Positions 10,261-20,987 of a DNA stretch of 64,000 nt are shown here, piece by piece. Position numbers and translations under genes: made by a program. Origin of the DNA: an uncultured bacterium (GTDB taxonomy: Bacteria; Verrucomicrobiota; Verrucomicrobiia; Verrucomicrobiales; DEV007); assembly GCA_963977015.1 (NCBI GenBank), contig CAXBMO010000006.1, positions 281,023 to 345,022 of the forward strand, given 5' to 3'. The notes under the pieces are model-generated. The model was not told the DNA's origin. It saw only the letters and a list, made by a program, of their open reading frames with translations, and made no database searches. Every line of letters starts with the position of its first letter. Within the stretch, counting starts at the first letter, position 1.

Positions 10261-10839
10261 ATGAACCTCCAATTCATCACCGTCGTTATGTTCCTCAGTC
10301 TATTCACCTGCGTGCACGCCAAGACGTGGACGGATCAGATGGGGAGGACGTTTGAGGGAGAGTTTCAGGAAACGGACTTGGTGACCGTAAAGATCAAAAG
10401 AGCGACGGACAGGCGAGTGGTGAGTGTGGCGATCGAGAAATTGTCACTGGAGGATCAGCGTTTTGTCAGGCAAATGTCGTTGGAGGTTCCGTTTGAGGAG
10501 GCGGTGGAAAAGGCGACGGAAAGCAAGAAGCCGATCTTGTGCTTTTACTACAACGAATGTGACGACGAGGCCTTTGATGAAGTGATCGCGGATTACATCC
10601 ACCGGGAAGGATTCTTCGAGCTAACCAAGGACTGGAAGGTCATTGCGGTTCGAGAGAAGTTAGAGTTCCGGGATCCCTTTTTGGGGAAGAGCGCACCCAA
10701 CCCGGCGATGGTCTTCATGGATTCGACCGGGAAGGATCTGGGGAGTTTTGAGGTGATTAACGAACGAGGTTATTCGATGGAACGTCTGGCGGGAATGTTG
10801 CAGCGGATGGATACCAAGGCATCAAGCGGTGGCAACTGA
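10261..10839 (+). CDS. Secreted SHD1-domain protein with a thioredoxin-like C-terminal domain
   Basis: Signal peptide, then KTWTDQMGRTFEGEF...LSLEDQRFV (SHD1 pattern) and FEEAVEKATESKKPILCFY (Trx-like, no CxxC). Confidence 0.7.
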   Translation: MNLQFITVVMFLSLFTCVHAKTWTDQMGRTFEGEFQETDLVTVKIKRATDRRVVSVAIEKLSLEDQRFVRQMSLEVPFEEAVEKATESKKPILCFYYNECDDEAFDEVIADYIHREGFFELTKDWKVIAVREKLEFRDPFLGKSAPNPAMVFMDSTGKDLGSFEVINERGYSMERLAGMLQRMDTKASSGGN

Positions 10840-10930
10840 TCGCGGCGCGTCGTTCCAAACGGAGCGGATTCGGTGATGCTTCTCGTTCGGTCCCGTCTCC
10901 CTCGGGCATGGCGCCTCTGAGGTGAGGACG

Positions 10931-12193
10931 TCACGCGGATTGGAGGCGGCGCTGTGACGGCTGCCGGAGTGGTCTGGCCCTGGCGCTGAGGTAGGCGATG
11001 ACGCATTTGCCAAGATTGCCGTAGAGGTAGCCGCTGACCCAGTAGTGGATGAGGAAGCCGAGCGCCATTCCAACCCCGCCACTTGCCGAGCCGAAGAGGA
11101 CGCCAATTGGGACGGCGATAATGTAGAGATTGATGCGGTCGATGAATTGAACGATGATGAAGCGGCCGTAGTTCGCGAACACCATCTTGGCGTTGGTGCG
11201 CACATGGAAAAAGGAACTGAGTTTGCCGGTGAGGGCGTAGCGGACCGCGGCGGCGCGATAGAGTGGACCGGTGAGGAAGAAGACAAACAGGAGGACGACG
11301 ATGACGGGGAGCCAGGATTTGAAGAGGGCGCGTCCCAGTTGTAAAACGGCGGTCCAGAAGATGTCGAAACTCAGGGTGAAGATGCTCTTGATGATATCGA
11401 GGAAGGCGGCCAGGGCGGAGATGACCTGGGTTGCGTCCAAAAGAATCAAGAGCGCGATGGCCGGCAGGGCGTAGAGGAGCGTCATGCACCAGAGGACCGA
11501 TCCCGATGCGAGGAAGCGACCAAAGTCTTTGGCGAACGGAAAGGGATTGGCCGTGCCGTAGGCGATGCGCCGGGTGAGATCCAACCGCCAACCCCGGAGT
11601 ACGAGAAGATCGATGACGGGGAGGAGCCCGATTAGGGCCACCCACCAAAGGCGGGCAAACCATTGCGGGTGATTGAAGGGGGCTTTGAGCGCGGAAAAGT
11701 AGTTGAGGTCGCAGTAGTAGGGCTGCTTCCCAAAGGTGTCGTCGGTGAACAGGGAGAAGGTGGGGAGTTCGTTGAGCAGCGTCTCAAAGCTTTGTTTCAG
11801 CGTGGCGGTGTGAAACTGAAAGCCATCCCGCTTGGCCAGGGTCCGGATCTCCCCCGGCAGCTGTTGGGCGCGTGGAAACGGAGTGTTGTCGATGCAAACC
11901 GGAATGACGGGAGTGGCTCCCTTGGTGAGGGCTCGTTGCAGTTCGGTTCGCACATAGTCAGGCTGATTGGTGCGCTCCGCCAGGGAATGGACCCAACGGG
12001 GACCAATCAAGGCCAGAACGATGTCGGACTCATCGACCGCCCGGTTCAGTTTTTCTTCGAAGTTCGAGCCGAGCGTTCGGCTTTCGGTATCGAAAAAGAC
12101 CCGATGACCTCGTGCGCTTAGCTCTCTGTAGAGGAGTTGACCCAACTGCGCCGCCGGTTGGTCCTCCCTTCGATAGGAAATAAAGATTCTCAT
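10931..12193 (-). CDS. TIR domain fused to a DUF4013-like multi-pass membrane domain
   Basis: RIFISYRRED, VFFD, SDIVLALIGPRW, YVRTEL (TIR). C-half ALKAPF..W...LLVLRGWRLDLTRRIAYG..PFP..DFGRFLASG with several TM helices. Confidence 0.8.
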   Translation of the reverse strand: MRIFISYRREDQPAAQLGQLLYRELSARGHRVFFDTESRTLGSNFEEKLNRAVDESDIVLALIGPRWVHSLAERTNQPDYVRTELQRALTKGATPVIPVCIDNTPFPRAQQLPGEIRTLAKRDGFQFHTATLKQSFETLLNELPTFSLFTDDTFGKQPYYCDLNYFSALKAPFNHPQWFARLWWVALIGLLPVIDLLVLRGWRLDLTRRIAYGTANPFPFAKDFGRFLASGSVLWCMTLLYALPAIALLILLDATQVISALAAFLDIIKSIFTLSFDIFWTAVLQLGRALFKSWLPVIVVLLFVFFLTGPLYRAAAVRYALTGKLSSFFHVRTNAKMVFANYGRFIIVQFIDRINLYIIAVPIGVLFGSASGGVGMALGFLIHYWVSGYLYGNLGKCVIAYLSARARPLRQPSQRRLQSA

Positions 12194-12376
12194 GCCCAGA
12201 ATGTTTTGATCGCTGTTAACTGCTGCTACCTGATTAGCTCATGACATCGATTTTCAATCCTGACAAGGACGAATTGAAACCGGGATCGACAAAATGGCAG
12301 GCGACCGGAATTTGGCGGGAATCGGCGATTGAAAAGGGATTGCGCGTCGGGAAAACCGCGATTTGGATAGATCGCG

Positions 12377-14536
12377 ATGACACTTACCCCTTCACTCTTT
12401 GGTGCCCTCTTCCTTTCCGTTTTCCTGTTGGCCGTTCCGGCGCAAGCCGCTGATCCGCTGATCCCCAATCCGGACTTTGAGACCGATGCCGACGGAGATG
12501 GTTGGCCGGATCACTGGGCCGAGGTGAAGACCGGTGGAAGCTGGGAGAGGGAAGGGGAGAACCGCTTTTTGCGCCTGAGCAGCCCGGAGCCGGATTCGAC
12601 GATCATGCTCTATCAGGAGGTTCGTCTTCCCGATGAGGTGAAGGCGATTGAAATGACTTGGAAACAGCGGGTTACGGGCCTGGAACGCGGCAAGAACTCG
12701 TGGTTCGACGCGCGCATCATGATGGAGTTTCTGGATGCGGACCGCAAGAAGGTGACTCCGTCGCCGCCGACTCCGAATTCAGGGAAGGACACCGATGGTT
12801 GGGTCGAAAAACAGGTCACGTTTCTCGTTCCGGAGAACGCTCACACTCTCAAGTTCATGCCCAGCCTGTTGCAGGTCAAAGCGGGCACGTTTGATCTCGA
12901 CGATCTGGTCCTGAAATCGGTCGACCCGCAACCACTGATCGAAGCTGCGGAGACGAAGAAGCGCGAGGCGCTCGCGAAAAAACATGCCAGCGGCGCGAAG
13001 CAGCTTGCGGAGCATGGCTCGTTGATTCCGGGTTGGGATCACGAAGGACGTTATGCGGGAAAGAAGCAGATCGCCGAGGAAGACGGGAACCACTATCTCA
13101 AGTTGGTGAGTTCGGAGCCGGGAAAGATGGTGACGGATTACCGGTTGGTGGATTTGCCCGCGGATGTGAAAGCCCTGGAGCTGAGCTGGAAGCAGCGGGT
13201 GACGGGGTTGAAGAAAGGCGAGAAGCCGTGGAACGACGCCCGCATCATGCTGGAGTGGAAAGATGTGTGGGGCAAAAAAGTCAGCGGCAGCCCGTCCCCG
13301 CCTTACACCCAGAAGGACACCGACGGTTGGGTGGAAAAGACCAAGAGTTTTCTCGTGCCGGAAGACGCCGCCACGCTGGTGTTCATGCCGACGCTCTTCA
13401 ACGTGGCGGCAGGAACCTACGAGCTGGATGACTTCATGCTCAAGCCGGTCGATCCGGCGCCATTGCTTGCCGCCAAATCGGAGCGGGATCGTCAGATCGA
13501 GGCGCGCCACGTTCCGGATGAGGAGCCTGACCAGAGCAAATGGCCGCAGATGCTGAAAGTTGCCGGAAACAAGGTGCTCGATGCCGATGGGAATGAGTTC
13601 TGGCTTCAAGGCGTCAACGCGGGCGGTTTGGAGACGCTGCCATTCGATCAACAAGTCGTGAAGTCCGTCGTTGTCGCGATCGACGATTGGAACGCGAATT
13701 GCATCCGGCTGCCGGTGGTTGAATCGTTTTGGTGGGGCGAAAGCGCGTATCAGGAGGACAAGGGTGAAGGTTACCGGAAGCTCATCGACAAGATCGTGAC
13801 CCTGGCCGCGAATCGCGGGGCCTATGTCGCGATCGATCTGCACCGTTATCGCGCCCCCAAGCCGATCCACGCCGATTTCTGGAAGGAATGCGCCGAAGTC
13901 TACAAGGATCACCCGGCCGTGTTGTTCGATATCTACAACGAGCCGCATGGCATCTCGTGGGAAGTCTGGCAAAAGGGCGGCTTTGTCGGGACGAAGAAGG
14001 ATGCGGACGAAGCGGCGTTTCTCTCGGACGAGGAGAAGAAGAAAAACCAGGGCTTCGAATCGGTCGGCATGCAGGGGCTGGTCGATGCCGTGCGCTCGAC
14101 CGGAGCGAAGAACATCATTATCGCGGGCGGCACGTTTTACTGCAACAACCTGAGCGGAATCGTGGAAGGCTACGCGCTCGATGACAAGGGCGGAAACGGC
14201 ATCATGTATTCCTGGCACAACTACTGGTGGCACACGGGTTGGGAGAAGATTCTGCCAGTCGCCGAGAAGCATCCGATTTTCCTCGGTGAAGTGGGTGCGG
14301 ACATCAAAAAGATGAGTTTTATCCCGGCTGAAAACCAGGAAGATCCCTACACCTGGGTGCCGGACATGCTCGGCTTTATCCAGAAGTACCATCTCCACTG
14401 GACGGGTTGGTGTTTCCACACCAGCGCGAGCCCGCGAATGCTGCTGGACTGGGACTACACCCCCACGCCGTTCTGGGGCGCCTTTGCGAAGGAAGCGTTG
14501 AACGGTAAGCAGTTTGAACTGGAGAAAATGCGGTAA
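12377..14536 (+). CDS. Secreted GH5 glycoside hydrolase with two tandem N-terminal CBM-like domains
   Basis: LQGVN, NCIRLP, IDLH, acid/base FDIYNEPH, nucleophile IFLGEVG. Two N-terminal repeats share [27 protein letters not shown]. Confidence 0.9.
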   Translation: MTLTPSLFGALFLSVFLLAVPAQAADPLIPNPDFETDADGDGWPDHWAEVKTGGSWEREGENRFLRLSSPEPDSTIMLYQEVRLPDEVKAIEMTWKQRVTGLERGKNSWFDARIMMEFLDADRKKVTPSPPTPNSGKDTDGWVEKQVTFLVPENAHTLKFMPSLLQVKAGTFDLDDLVLKSVDPQPLIEAAETKKREALAKKHASGAKQLAEHGSLIPGWDHEGRYAGKKQIAEEDGNHYLKLVSSEPGKMVTDYRLVDLPADVKALELSWKQRVTGLKKGEKPWNDARIMLEWKDVWGKKVSGSPSPPYTQKDTDGWVEKTKSFLVPEDAATLVFMPTLFNVAAGTYELDDFMLKPVDPAPLLAAKSERDRQIEARHVPDEEPDQSKWPQMLKVAGNKVLDADGNEFWLQGVNAGGLETLPFDQQVVKSVVVAIDDWNANCIRLPVVESFWWGESAYQEDKGEGYRKLIDKIVTLAANRGAYVAIDLHRYRAPKPIHADFWKECAEVYKDHPAVLFDIYNEPHGISWEVWQKGGFVGTKKDADEAAFLSDEEKKKNQGFESVGMQGLVDAVRSTGAKNIIIAGGTFYCNNLSGIVEGYALDDKGGNGIMYSWHNYWWHTGWEKILPVAEKHPIFLGEVGADIKKMSFIPAENQEDPYTWVPDMLGFIQKYHLHWTGWCFHTSASPRMLLDWDYTPTPFWGAFAKEALNGKQFELEKMR

Positions 14537-14670
14537 TTCGCAGCTGTCCGTCCACGGTTTGACGTGGCGGGGTGAACCCTAACCGAAAAAGATTGAGCAT
14601 CTTGGTCATGGGCGCTATCCAACAGGCTCCGTTGCGACCGAAATCATTCAGTCCACCGGTCCCAAATCCC

Positions 14671-16632
14671 ATGAGGCCAACCTCAAACCCCAAACTGCCG
14701 GCGTTTCTTGCGTTGGTTCCATTCGTTCTCGCGGTGTTGTGTCCATCCCTGTTTTCGGCTCAGGATGAGAAGCCGGAGCCGATTGATGGCTACCACGAGT
14801 TCAACTATGGAAAAGGAAAGGAGGGAGCGAAGAATTGGGTGCAGGCGATTCGAGTCACCGAGCCCGAGCTGCGTTCCACGATTGAGGGAGAGGTGAAAGT
14901 CGTGTTTCAAGCGAAGTGGATGACGGAGGCGACGGCGTTTTGTTGGCAACAACCGGATGAATCCGGGGACGCGTCGAATGCGTGGGGCCACGATGTCGAG
15001 ATTACGCCCGGCGGGATCGAGCTTGATCCGGAAGGGAACGGTTCGTTCGTGTTTCCAGCGGATGAATTCCCGAATGGGCCGATCAATGTTCGCATCTTGG
15101 CGAGAAACGAGGAGGGGAAGAAGGACATCTTTGAGCTGCAGCTCTTTAACCAGGGAGGTGTCCGCTGGAATCAGGGCGCGCCCGAACGCACGCCGCCCGC
15201 TGCGAAGGGGATGGACCTGATTTTCGCCGACGACTTTGACGGCGATCTCTCGATTTCCAATGATGGACGTGGCGCGACCTACATGGCGCACAAGCCCGGT
15301 GGCGGCGACTTCAGCGGATGGCAGTTTTCCAATGTGTTGGGCGAGGGGAAACCGTTCGATCAAACGGGAACCTGGCTGAAGATCGCCGCGCGCAAGGATG
15401 AGCAGTCGCCCAAGGGGCGTAGCGGGATCATCGCTTCCGTGGATCGGGACTTTAGCGGCGTGTGGGCGAAACCTCCCTGCTATCTGGAGTGCCGGTTCAC
15501 CGCGCAATCCGCGATCGGCACCTGGCCCGCGTTTTGGACGCTGGCGTTTGGCGAGCGCGGGACCGATGAGCTGGATATTGTGGAAGCCTACGGCGGCAAA
15601 GGCCCGGGCAATCCCAATCATCCCGGTTATTCCATCGTGAGCCATTTCTGGCGCCAATATGAAGCGGATGGAAGCAAAAAGAAGGGTTTCAGCACCAGGG
15701 CGGACATCATGAACTTGGGCGGAAAGTCCTACTGGTCGACCACGTTTCACACCTATGGCGTCTTCATTGGTCTCGAGGAAACGGTCTACTATTTTGACGA
15801 CATCGAGGTTCTCCGTCATCCCACCAATGTCTCTTCGCTCAGTCCGCATTTCTTCCTGATCAATCTGGCGATTGGCGGAATCAGTGGGTGGCCGATTGAT
15901 CTGGCGCGTTACGATGAAGGGTCGGACATGTGGGTCGACTACGTGAGAGTGTATGCGAAGGAGCGGGTGCCGGACGGCTTCCGTCCCGACCGCAGTCCCA
16001 AGCCGCATCTCACCTCGAAGGGCGTGGGGTTGAGCTTCGCGGTTAACGGGGATGGCAGCACGGAGCTGCAACCGGAGGACGTTGTCGGCGCCGATGGGTT
16101 TTCGCAGCGTTTCTGGCAGAATCTCCCCGGTCCCAACGGCGCGGTCGCGGAACTCCACGACAGCGTGAACGATCCCGTTTCGGGCATGGCGGTCAAGTGG
16201 TGGGTTCCCGAAGGCGATCACGCCTGGCGCTCGAGCAAGGGCCGGGATTGGGGCTTCAAAGGCGCGAATCAAACGATGCAACTCGGCCACGTTTCGCTGG
16301 GCGGTAGCCTGGAAGTGACCGGAGTTCCCTATCCCAACTACGACGTGGTTGTCTACACCGGTGCCGGAGATAACTGGGGAGCTGGGTCGGTCACCATTTC
16401 CTCCCCGGACAAGACCGGCGTCGATCCGGACGCCACGCACTTTTACAAAATCGGCTGGTTGAAGGGCAAGTTCGTCCTGTCTGAGGCAACGTCGCTGGAA
16501 TCCGCGGAGAACTCGAATGGAGTGGTCTTTCGCGGGAACACGGCGGACTCGTTTCGATTAGACTGGACCGGCGATCTCGCCAACGGACAGACGGGGGTGA
16601 CGGGATTGCAAATCGTCGCCCGCCCCGAATAG
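14671..16632 (+). CDS. Secreted GH16 glycoside hydrolase with accessory domains
   Basis: FADDFDG, GTWPAFWT, catalytic ELDIVE, FHTYG, MWVDYVRVY. Start ATG 14671 chosen. Confidence 0.9.
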   Translation: MRPTSNPKLPAFLALVPFVLAVLCPSLFSAQDEKPEPIDGYHEFNYGKGKEGAKNWVQAIRVTEPELRSTIEGEVKVVFQAKWMTEATAFCWQQPDESGDASNAWGHDVEITPGGIELDPEGNGSFVFPADEFPNGPINVRILARNEEGKKDIFELQLFNQGGVRWNQGAPERTPPAAKGMDLIFADDFDGDLSISNDGRGATYMAHKPGGGDFSGWQFSNVLGEGKPFDQTGTWLKIAARKDEQSPKGRSGIIASVDRDFSGVWAKPPCYLECRFTAQSAIGTWPAFWTLAFGERGTDELDIVEAYGGKGPGNPNHPGYSIVSHFWRQYEADGSKKKGFSTRADIMNLGGKSYWSTTFHTYGVFIGLEETVYYFDDIEVLRHPTNVSSLSPHFFLINLAIGGISGWPIDLARYDEGSDMWVDYVRVYAKERVPDGFRPDRSPKPHLTSKGVGLSFAVNGDGSTELQPEDVVGADGFSQRFWQNLPGPNGAVAELHDSVNDPVSGMAVKWWVPEGDHAWRSSKGRDWGFKGANQTMQLGHVSLGGSLEVTGVPYPNYDVVVYTGAGDNWGAGSVTISSPDKTGVDPDATHFYKIGWLKGKFVLSEATSLESAENSNGVVFRGNTADSFRLDWTGDLANGQTGVTGLQIVARPE

Positions 16633-16670
16633 TCAGTTTCTCCAATCCCCGTTTCCAACTACCAATCCCT

Positions 16671-17462
16671 ATGCACCAAATTCGTTTCCTGACGTTTCTC
16701 ACCATTGCGGCGTTGCTGACCCCGATCCTCGGATTGGCTCAAGAAGACGCAACGCCTCCTCCTTCTTCCGCTGAATCGGTCACCAGTTCGCAAGAAGAAG
16801 TGACGACCGGGGGCGCGTTTTTGCTGAAGCTCAAACAAGGCGGCGGCACCATGATCATGTTGCTGCTTTGTTCGATTGTCAGTGTGGCTTGCACCGCAGA
16901 ACGCGTCGCCCGGCAACGCAAGGAGCGCATCGCTCCGGACGGCGTTTCGGAACGGGTCGCGAAGCTGTGGGACGAGCAGAAATTTGCCGAGATCGAAGCA
17001 TTGGGGGCGGAACAACCCAGCACGCTCACCCGGATGCTGGCTGCGGTCGCGCGCTTCCGCGAAAGTGGCGTGGAACGTGTCTCAACCATCACCGGAGACA
17101 TTGCCTCGCGCGATTTGAAGCGGCATGTTCAAGCTGCGTTTCCGCTGGCGGTGGTGGCGACCCTGGCACCGTTGCTGGGACTGTTCGGAACCGTGCTCGG
17201 GATGATCGGCGCGTTCGACAAGATCGCGTTGATGGGGGAATTGGCCAATCCCTCCGCGTTTGGCGGCGACATCGGCAAAGCGCTCATCACGACCGGAGCG
17301 GGCCTCGCCGTGGCCATCGCGTCCTTGGCGCTCTATCACTTTTTCAAAAGCCGTGTCGGGATCTACAGCGTCGAACTTGAGGAACAGGTCAGCGAATTGA
17401 TTTCGGATTGGTTCGACAAACCTGCGAATTCGAAGGCGAAGGGAGACCGCGATGCGAATTGA
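16671..17462 (+). CDS. exbB: MotA/TolQ/ExbB proton channel protein
   Basis: APLLGLFGTVLGMIGAF and GDIGKALITTGAGLAVAI motifs; N-terminal signal-like extension. Confidence 0.92.
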   Translation: MHQIRFLTFLTIAALLTPILGLAQEDATPPPSSAESVTSSQEEVTTGGAFLLKLKQGGGTMIMLLLCSIVSVACTAERVARQRKERIAPDGVSERVAKLWDEQKFAEIEALGAEQPSTLTRMLAAVARFRESGVERVSTITGDIASRDLKRHVQAAFPLAVVATLAPLLGLFGTVLGMIGAFDKIALMGELANPSAFGGDIGKALITTGAGLAVAIASLALYHFFKSRVGIYSVELEEQVSELISDWFDKPANSKAKGDRDAN

Positions 17463-17859
17463 TCTGAACGACGACGACGGCATTGAGGTGCAGATGGCGC
17501 CGTTGATCGATTGCGTGTTTTTGCTCCTGGTCTTTTTCCTCGTCGCAACCACGCTCAAGAAGATCGAGCAAGAGGTGCCGCTGGATCTGCCGGAAGCGGA
17601 ACTGGCGGCGCGTGAAGTGCCGCAGAACGACATTCTCACGGTTTCGGTCGATGCGGAGGGGAAGTTGTATCTCGGGGCCGATCCGGTCACGAGCGGCATG
17701 GTGTTCGAGCGGTTCAAGGCGGCTGCGGCTGAGGATCCCGGGCAACCGGTTCGTCTCAACGCGGATCGCGCCGCGCCCTGGGCGTCGATTCTCGAGGTGC
17801 TGGAATTGGCGAAGTTTGAGGGACTGACGAACATCCGGCCCGGAACGAAAAATGAGTGA
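17452..17859 (+). CDS. exbD: ExbD/TolR biopolymer transport protein
   Basis: MAPLIDCVFLLLVFFLV with the conserved TM Asp, LDLPEA, VRLNAD. Overlaps exbB. Confidence 0.92.
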   Translation: MRIDLNDDDGIEVQMAPLIDCVFLLLVFFLVATTLKKIEQEVPLDLPEAELAAREVPQNDILTVSVDAEGKLYLGADPVTSGMVFERFKAAAAEDPGQPVRLNADRAAPWASILEVLELAKFEGLTNIRPGTKNE

Positions 17860-19996
17860 TTCGCCGCAGAACACGAAAGCCGGACGCCGGAATTGGTACG
17901 GATTGTCACTCCTGCTTCACGTCGTCGCCGTCCTGGCGTTGATCTTTCTCACGCCGATCCGGAAGGTGTTTCTGGAAGAATTCGAGTCCGGTGGCGGCTC
18001 GAAATCCAAACCGAGCATGAGTTCCAAAGAGCTAAGCCAACTGGCGGAGCGGCTTGAGGAAATTTCGGAGGAACACATCGAGCGCAACGTGGAGGCAATG
18101 CAGGAGCTGCTGAAGCAGATGCAGGAACTCAACGATGCGGAGTTCGAGGAATTCGTCGTGTTCGAGCATTCACAGATCGAGCGGACTCCCGAGATCGTCG
18201 AGGACAATTTGAAGGAGGCGTTGGAGGCGATGCAGCAGGCCGAAGAGCTGCTCAAAAAGAACGATTACTCGACCGCGATTACCCAACAGGCGTTGGCGGA
18301 ATCGCATCAGAAGTCAATCCAGGACCGGCTCGAACTGGTGCAGGCATCCCAGGAAGTTCAGCAGGCGCAGGAGGAAGCGGCTGAGGTTCAAAAGCAGGCG
18401 ATTGAAGCCGCCGCAGAGGCGAAGAAGGCGCGGTCCGAGATTGGGTCACTCGAATACCATTTGCGATATCCAACCAGCCAGATTCCGCTCTTGGAAGAGC
18501 GTGTTTCCAAGGCGCAGGAATCGGTCAAGAATGCGGAACAACGACACGAGGAGAGCCAGGCCAAGTTGAACGAGGTGCAGCAGGATCTCGCCAGCGTCAA
18601 AGCCGAGACGGATGATGCGAAGAAGATCAAGCGCGAGGAAACCCGGCTTGCCTACGCGACCAAAGCTGTCGAGCGAACGGAAAAACAACTTGCCAGCAGT
18701 GAGGCCGCCTTGGAGAAATATATCGAACGGCTCACCGCCACCAAAACCAAGGTGACGGAATTGACCAAGGCGAAAGCCGAGCAGGAACAGGTTGCCAATT
18801 CTGCTCATCAAACCGCCACCGAAAAGCAGGCCAAGGCGATTGAGCTTCAATCCGGCGTCGTCGAAAAGATCCAAGAGGACGTGGCGAAGCGGGTCGCCGA
18901 ATTGCAATCCGAACTGGGCCCGGATGAAACCGTGCAGGCGGAGTTGGTCGAGGCAACCGCGGTACCCGATATCGCCGAAATGAGCGTGTTGGAATTGTAC
19001 AACGCGGCGACGGCGGTGGAGCAGCAACTCGCCGAGAAGTTCCGCCAGGGGCGCGCGATGCAGTTGTCGATTTTGCAGGATGTTCCCTTCAACGCCGCGT
19101 TGGAAGCGGTCGATCTCGTCGTTCCCGTGCGTCCCGAGATTTCCGGCGACGTCATGACCTCGGACGCGCGAAATGCGGAACAATTGGAGGCCAAAAAGGA
19201 AGCCGTTCGCAAGGCGATGGCGGAAACCGGTTCCATGGTCGCGTTGGGACATTCCCTGCTCGGTCAAGCCATTCAGGCGCGTCAGGGCGACGGCGGAATC
19301 GGAGCCGGGAAGATCTCGTTGGCCGCAATTCAGGCACGATCGACGCAAATGCAACAACTCGAATCGCTCGCCAATCAGGAAACGAGCGGCAAAGCCGTCG
19401 ATGTGTCCCAGGCGATGATGGCCGGACTGGATGGCGTCAACATTCCGGCTGCGGTACCGGTTGACGCGCCGGTCGTTGAAAAAACGATCCTGCCCAGCTT
19501 TGGCCGCAAAGTCGGGGCAAGCGGCGAAGGGGCGGAGTGGATGGCGGTGACGGATTGGTATCTTCTCGGACCGTTCGACAACACCGGCCGCGCCAACATC
19601 GACCGCGTTTTTCCGCCGGAAAGCCTCGTCGACCTCAACGCCGTTTACCTTGGCAAAGGCGACCGGACGATCCGCTGGACCTTCACCACCGCGATCGACA
19701 AGCTCGGCCAGTCGCGTCCTGCCAACTGGGAAAGTTACGGGATTTGGTATGCCTACACGGAACTGAAATTCGACAAACCCTGCGATCTCTGGATTTCGAT
19801 GGGCTCCGACGACAAAGGCCAGGTGTGGATCAACGACGTTCCCGTCTGGATTTCCGCCAGCCATCACAAAATCTGGCATCCCGGCGAGGCGCAGCGCCGC
19901 GTCCATTTCGAGAAAGGGCGAAACCGCGTCCTTTTCCGCGTTGAGAACGGGCAGCACGGAATGGGGTTCTCGTTTTGGGTGAAGCTGGAGGAGTAG
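17852..19996 (+). CDS. TolA/TonB-like membrane-anchored coiled-coil protein with a C-terminal PA14/galactose-binding-like domain
   Basis: N-terminal TM SLLLHVVAVLALIFLT (S-x3-H-x6-L-x3-T), long E/K/Q/A coiled coil, C-terminal WYLLGPF..YAYT..GSDD..VWIN..GRNRVLFRVEN. Confidence 0.7.
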   Translation: MSDSPQNTKAGRRNWYGLSLLLHVVAVLALIFLTPIRKVFLEEFESGGGSKSKPSMSSKELSQLAERLEEISEEHIERNVEAMQELLKQMQELNDAEFEEFVVFEHSQIERTPEIVEDNLKEALEAMQQAEELLKKNDYSTAITQQALAESHQKSIQDRLELVQASQEVQQAQEEAAEVQKQAIEAAAEAKKARSEIGSLEYHLRYPTSQIPLLEERVSKAQESVKNAEQRHEESQAKLNEVQQDLASVKAETDDAKKIKREETRLAYATKAVERTEKQLASSEAALEKYIERLTATKTKVTELTKAKAEQEQVANSAHQTATEKQAKAIELQSGVVEKIQEDVAKRVAELQSELGPDETVQAELVEATAVPDIAEMSVLELYNAATAVEQQLAEKFRQGRAMQLSILQDVPFNAALEAVDLVVPVRPEISGDVMTSDARNAEQLEAKKEAVRKAMAETGSMVALGHSLLGQAIQARQGDGGIGAGKISLAAIQARSTQMQQLESLANQETSGKAVDVSQAMMAGLDGVNIPAAVPVDAPVVEKTILPSFGRKVGASGEGAEWMAVTDWYLLGPFDNTGRANIDRVFPPESLVDLNAVYLGKGDRTIRWTFTTAIDKLGQSRPANWESYGIWYAYTELKFDKPCDLWISMGSDDKGQVWINDVPVWISASHHKIWHPGEAQRRVHFEKGRNRVLFRVENGQHGMGFSFWVKLEE

Positions 19997-20062
19997 GCGG
20001 CTGGCGTGACCGGTTGAAGTTTTGGTTTTGACTGCCGGTTTTCCTGCTTAGAGTCGGCGAGT

Positions 20063-20931
20063 ATGAAAACCCCATTCGTCTTGTCTTTCGTCCTGTTTTT
20101 GGTTGGCGCCATTCCGAGCGCGATGGCGCAGAACGCGCCGCGCGTGGAAAAGGACATCGAGTTCGCCAACGTCGATAACCATAGTCTCAAGTTCGATCTC
20201 TATCTTCCGGCCGGTGTCGAAAATCCACCCTTGGTCATTTGGATTCACGGAGGTGGCTGGCGCGGAGGGAACAAGGCAAAGTGTGGGGTGAAATGGGTGA
20301 CCGATCACGGATTCGCCCTGGCATCCATTTCCTATCGGTTGACCGACAAGGCGATCTTCCCAGCGCAGATTCACGACTGCAAGGGCGCGGTTCGCTGGCT
20401 CCGGGCGAATGCCGAAACGTATGGCTACAGTGTGGAGAAGATCGCGGTTGCGGGAAGCAGCGCCGGAGGCCATCTCGCGGCTTTGTTGGGGACGACGGGT
20501 GATGTGGAGATGTTGGAAGGAGACGTGGGCGGCAACCTGAACCAATCCTCCCGGGTCGATGCCATTGTGGACTACTATGGCGCATCCGATTTCATTCAGC
20601 GGACGAAGTCTCAACCTCACAAGACGATCAAAGAAGGCTCGATCGTGAATTTGCTGCTCGGTGGTCCCGCGGATCAGCGGGTGGAATTGGCCCGGCTCGC
20701 ATCATCGGCCTTTCACGTCACGCCCGACGATCCTCCATTGCTGATGATACACGGAGGGAAGGACAACAAGGTGTTCCGGCCCAATCGGAGCGCTTGCTTG
20801 CGGTTTACCAGGAGGCTGGTTTGCCGGTGGCGTTGCACGTTCTCGAGGAATCCGGCCATGGCGGAGATGAATTCTATGCAGGCGAGCCAAAGACCTGGGT
20901 GCTGGAGTTTTTGCGAACGCATTTGAAGTGA
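20063..20931 (+). CDS. Secreted alpha/beta hydrolase (HSL/BD-FAE-like esterase), frameshifted near 20776
   Basis: IHGGGW, GSSAGG, HGGKD. The catalytic-His segment ESGHGG lies in the -1 frame and ends at TGA 20929-20931. Confidence 0.85.
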
Positions 20932-20987
20932 GACTCTGAAGGAGTCGAGCGTCCTTGCCCTGTTCCCGTTCTGCCAACCCCACAACC

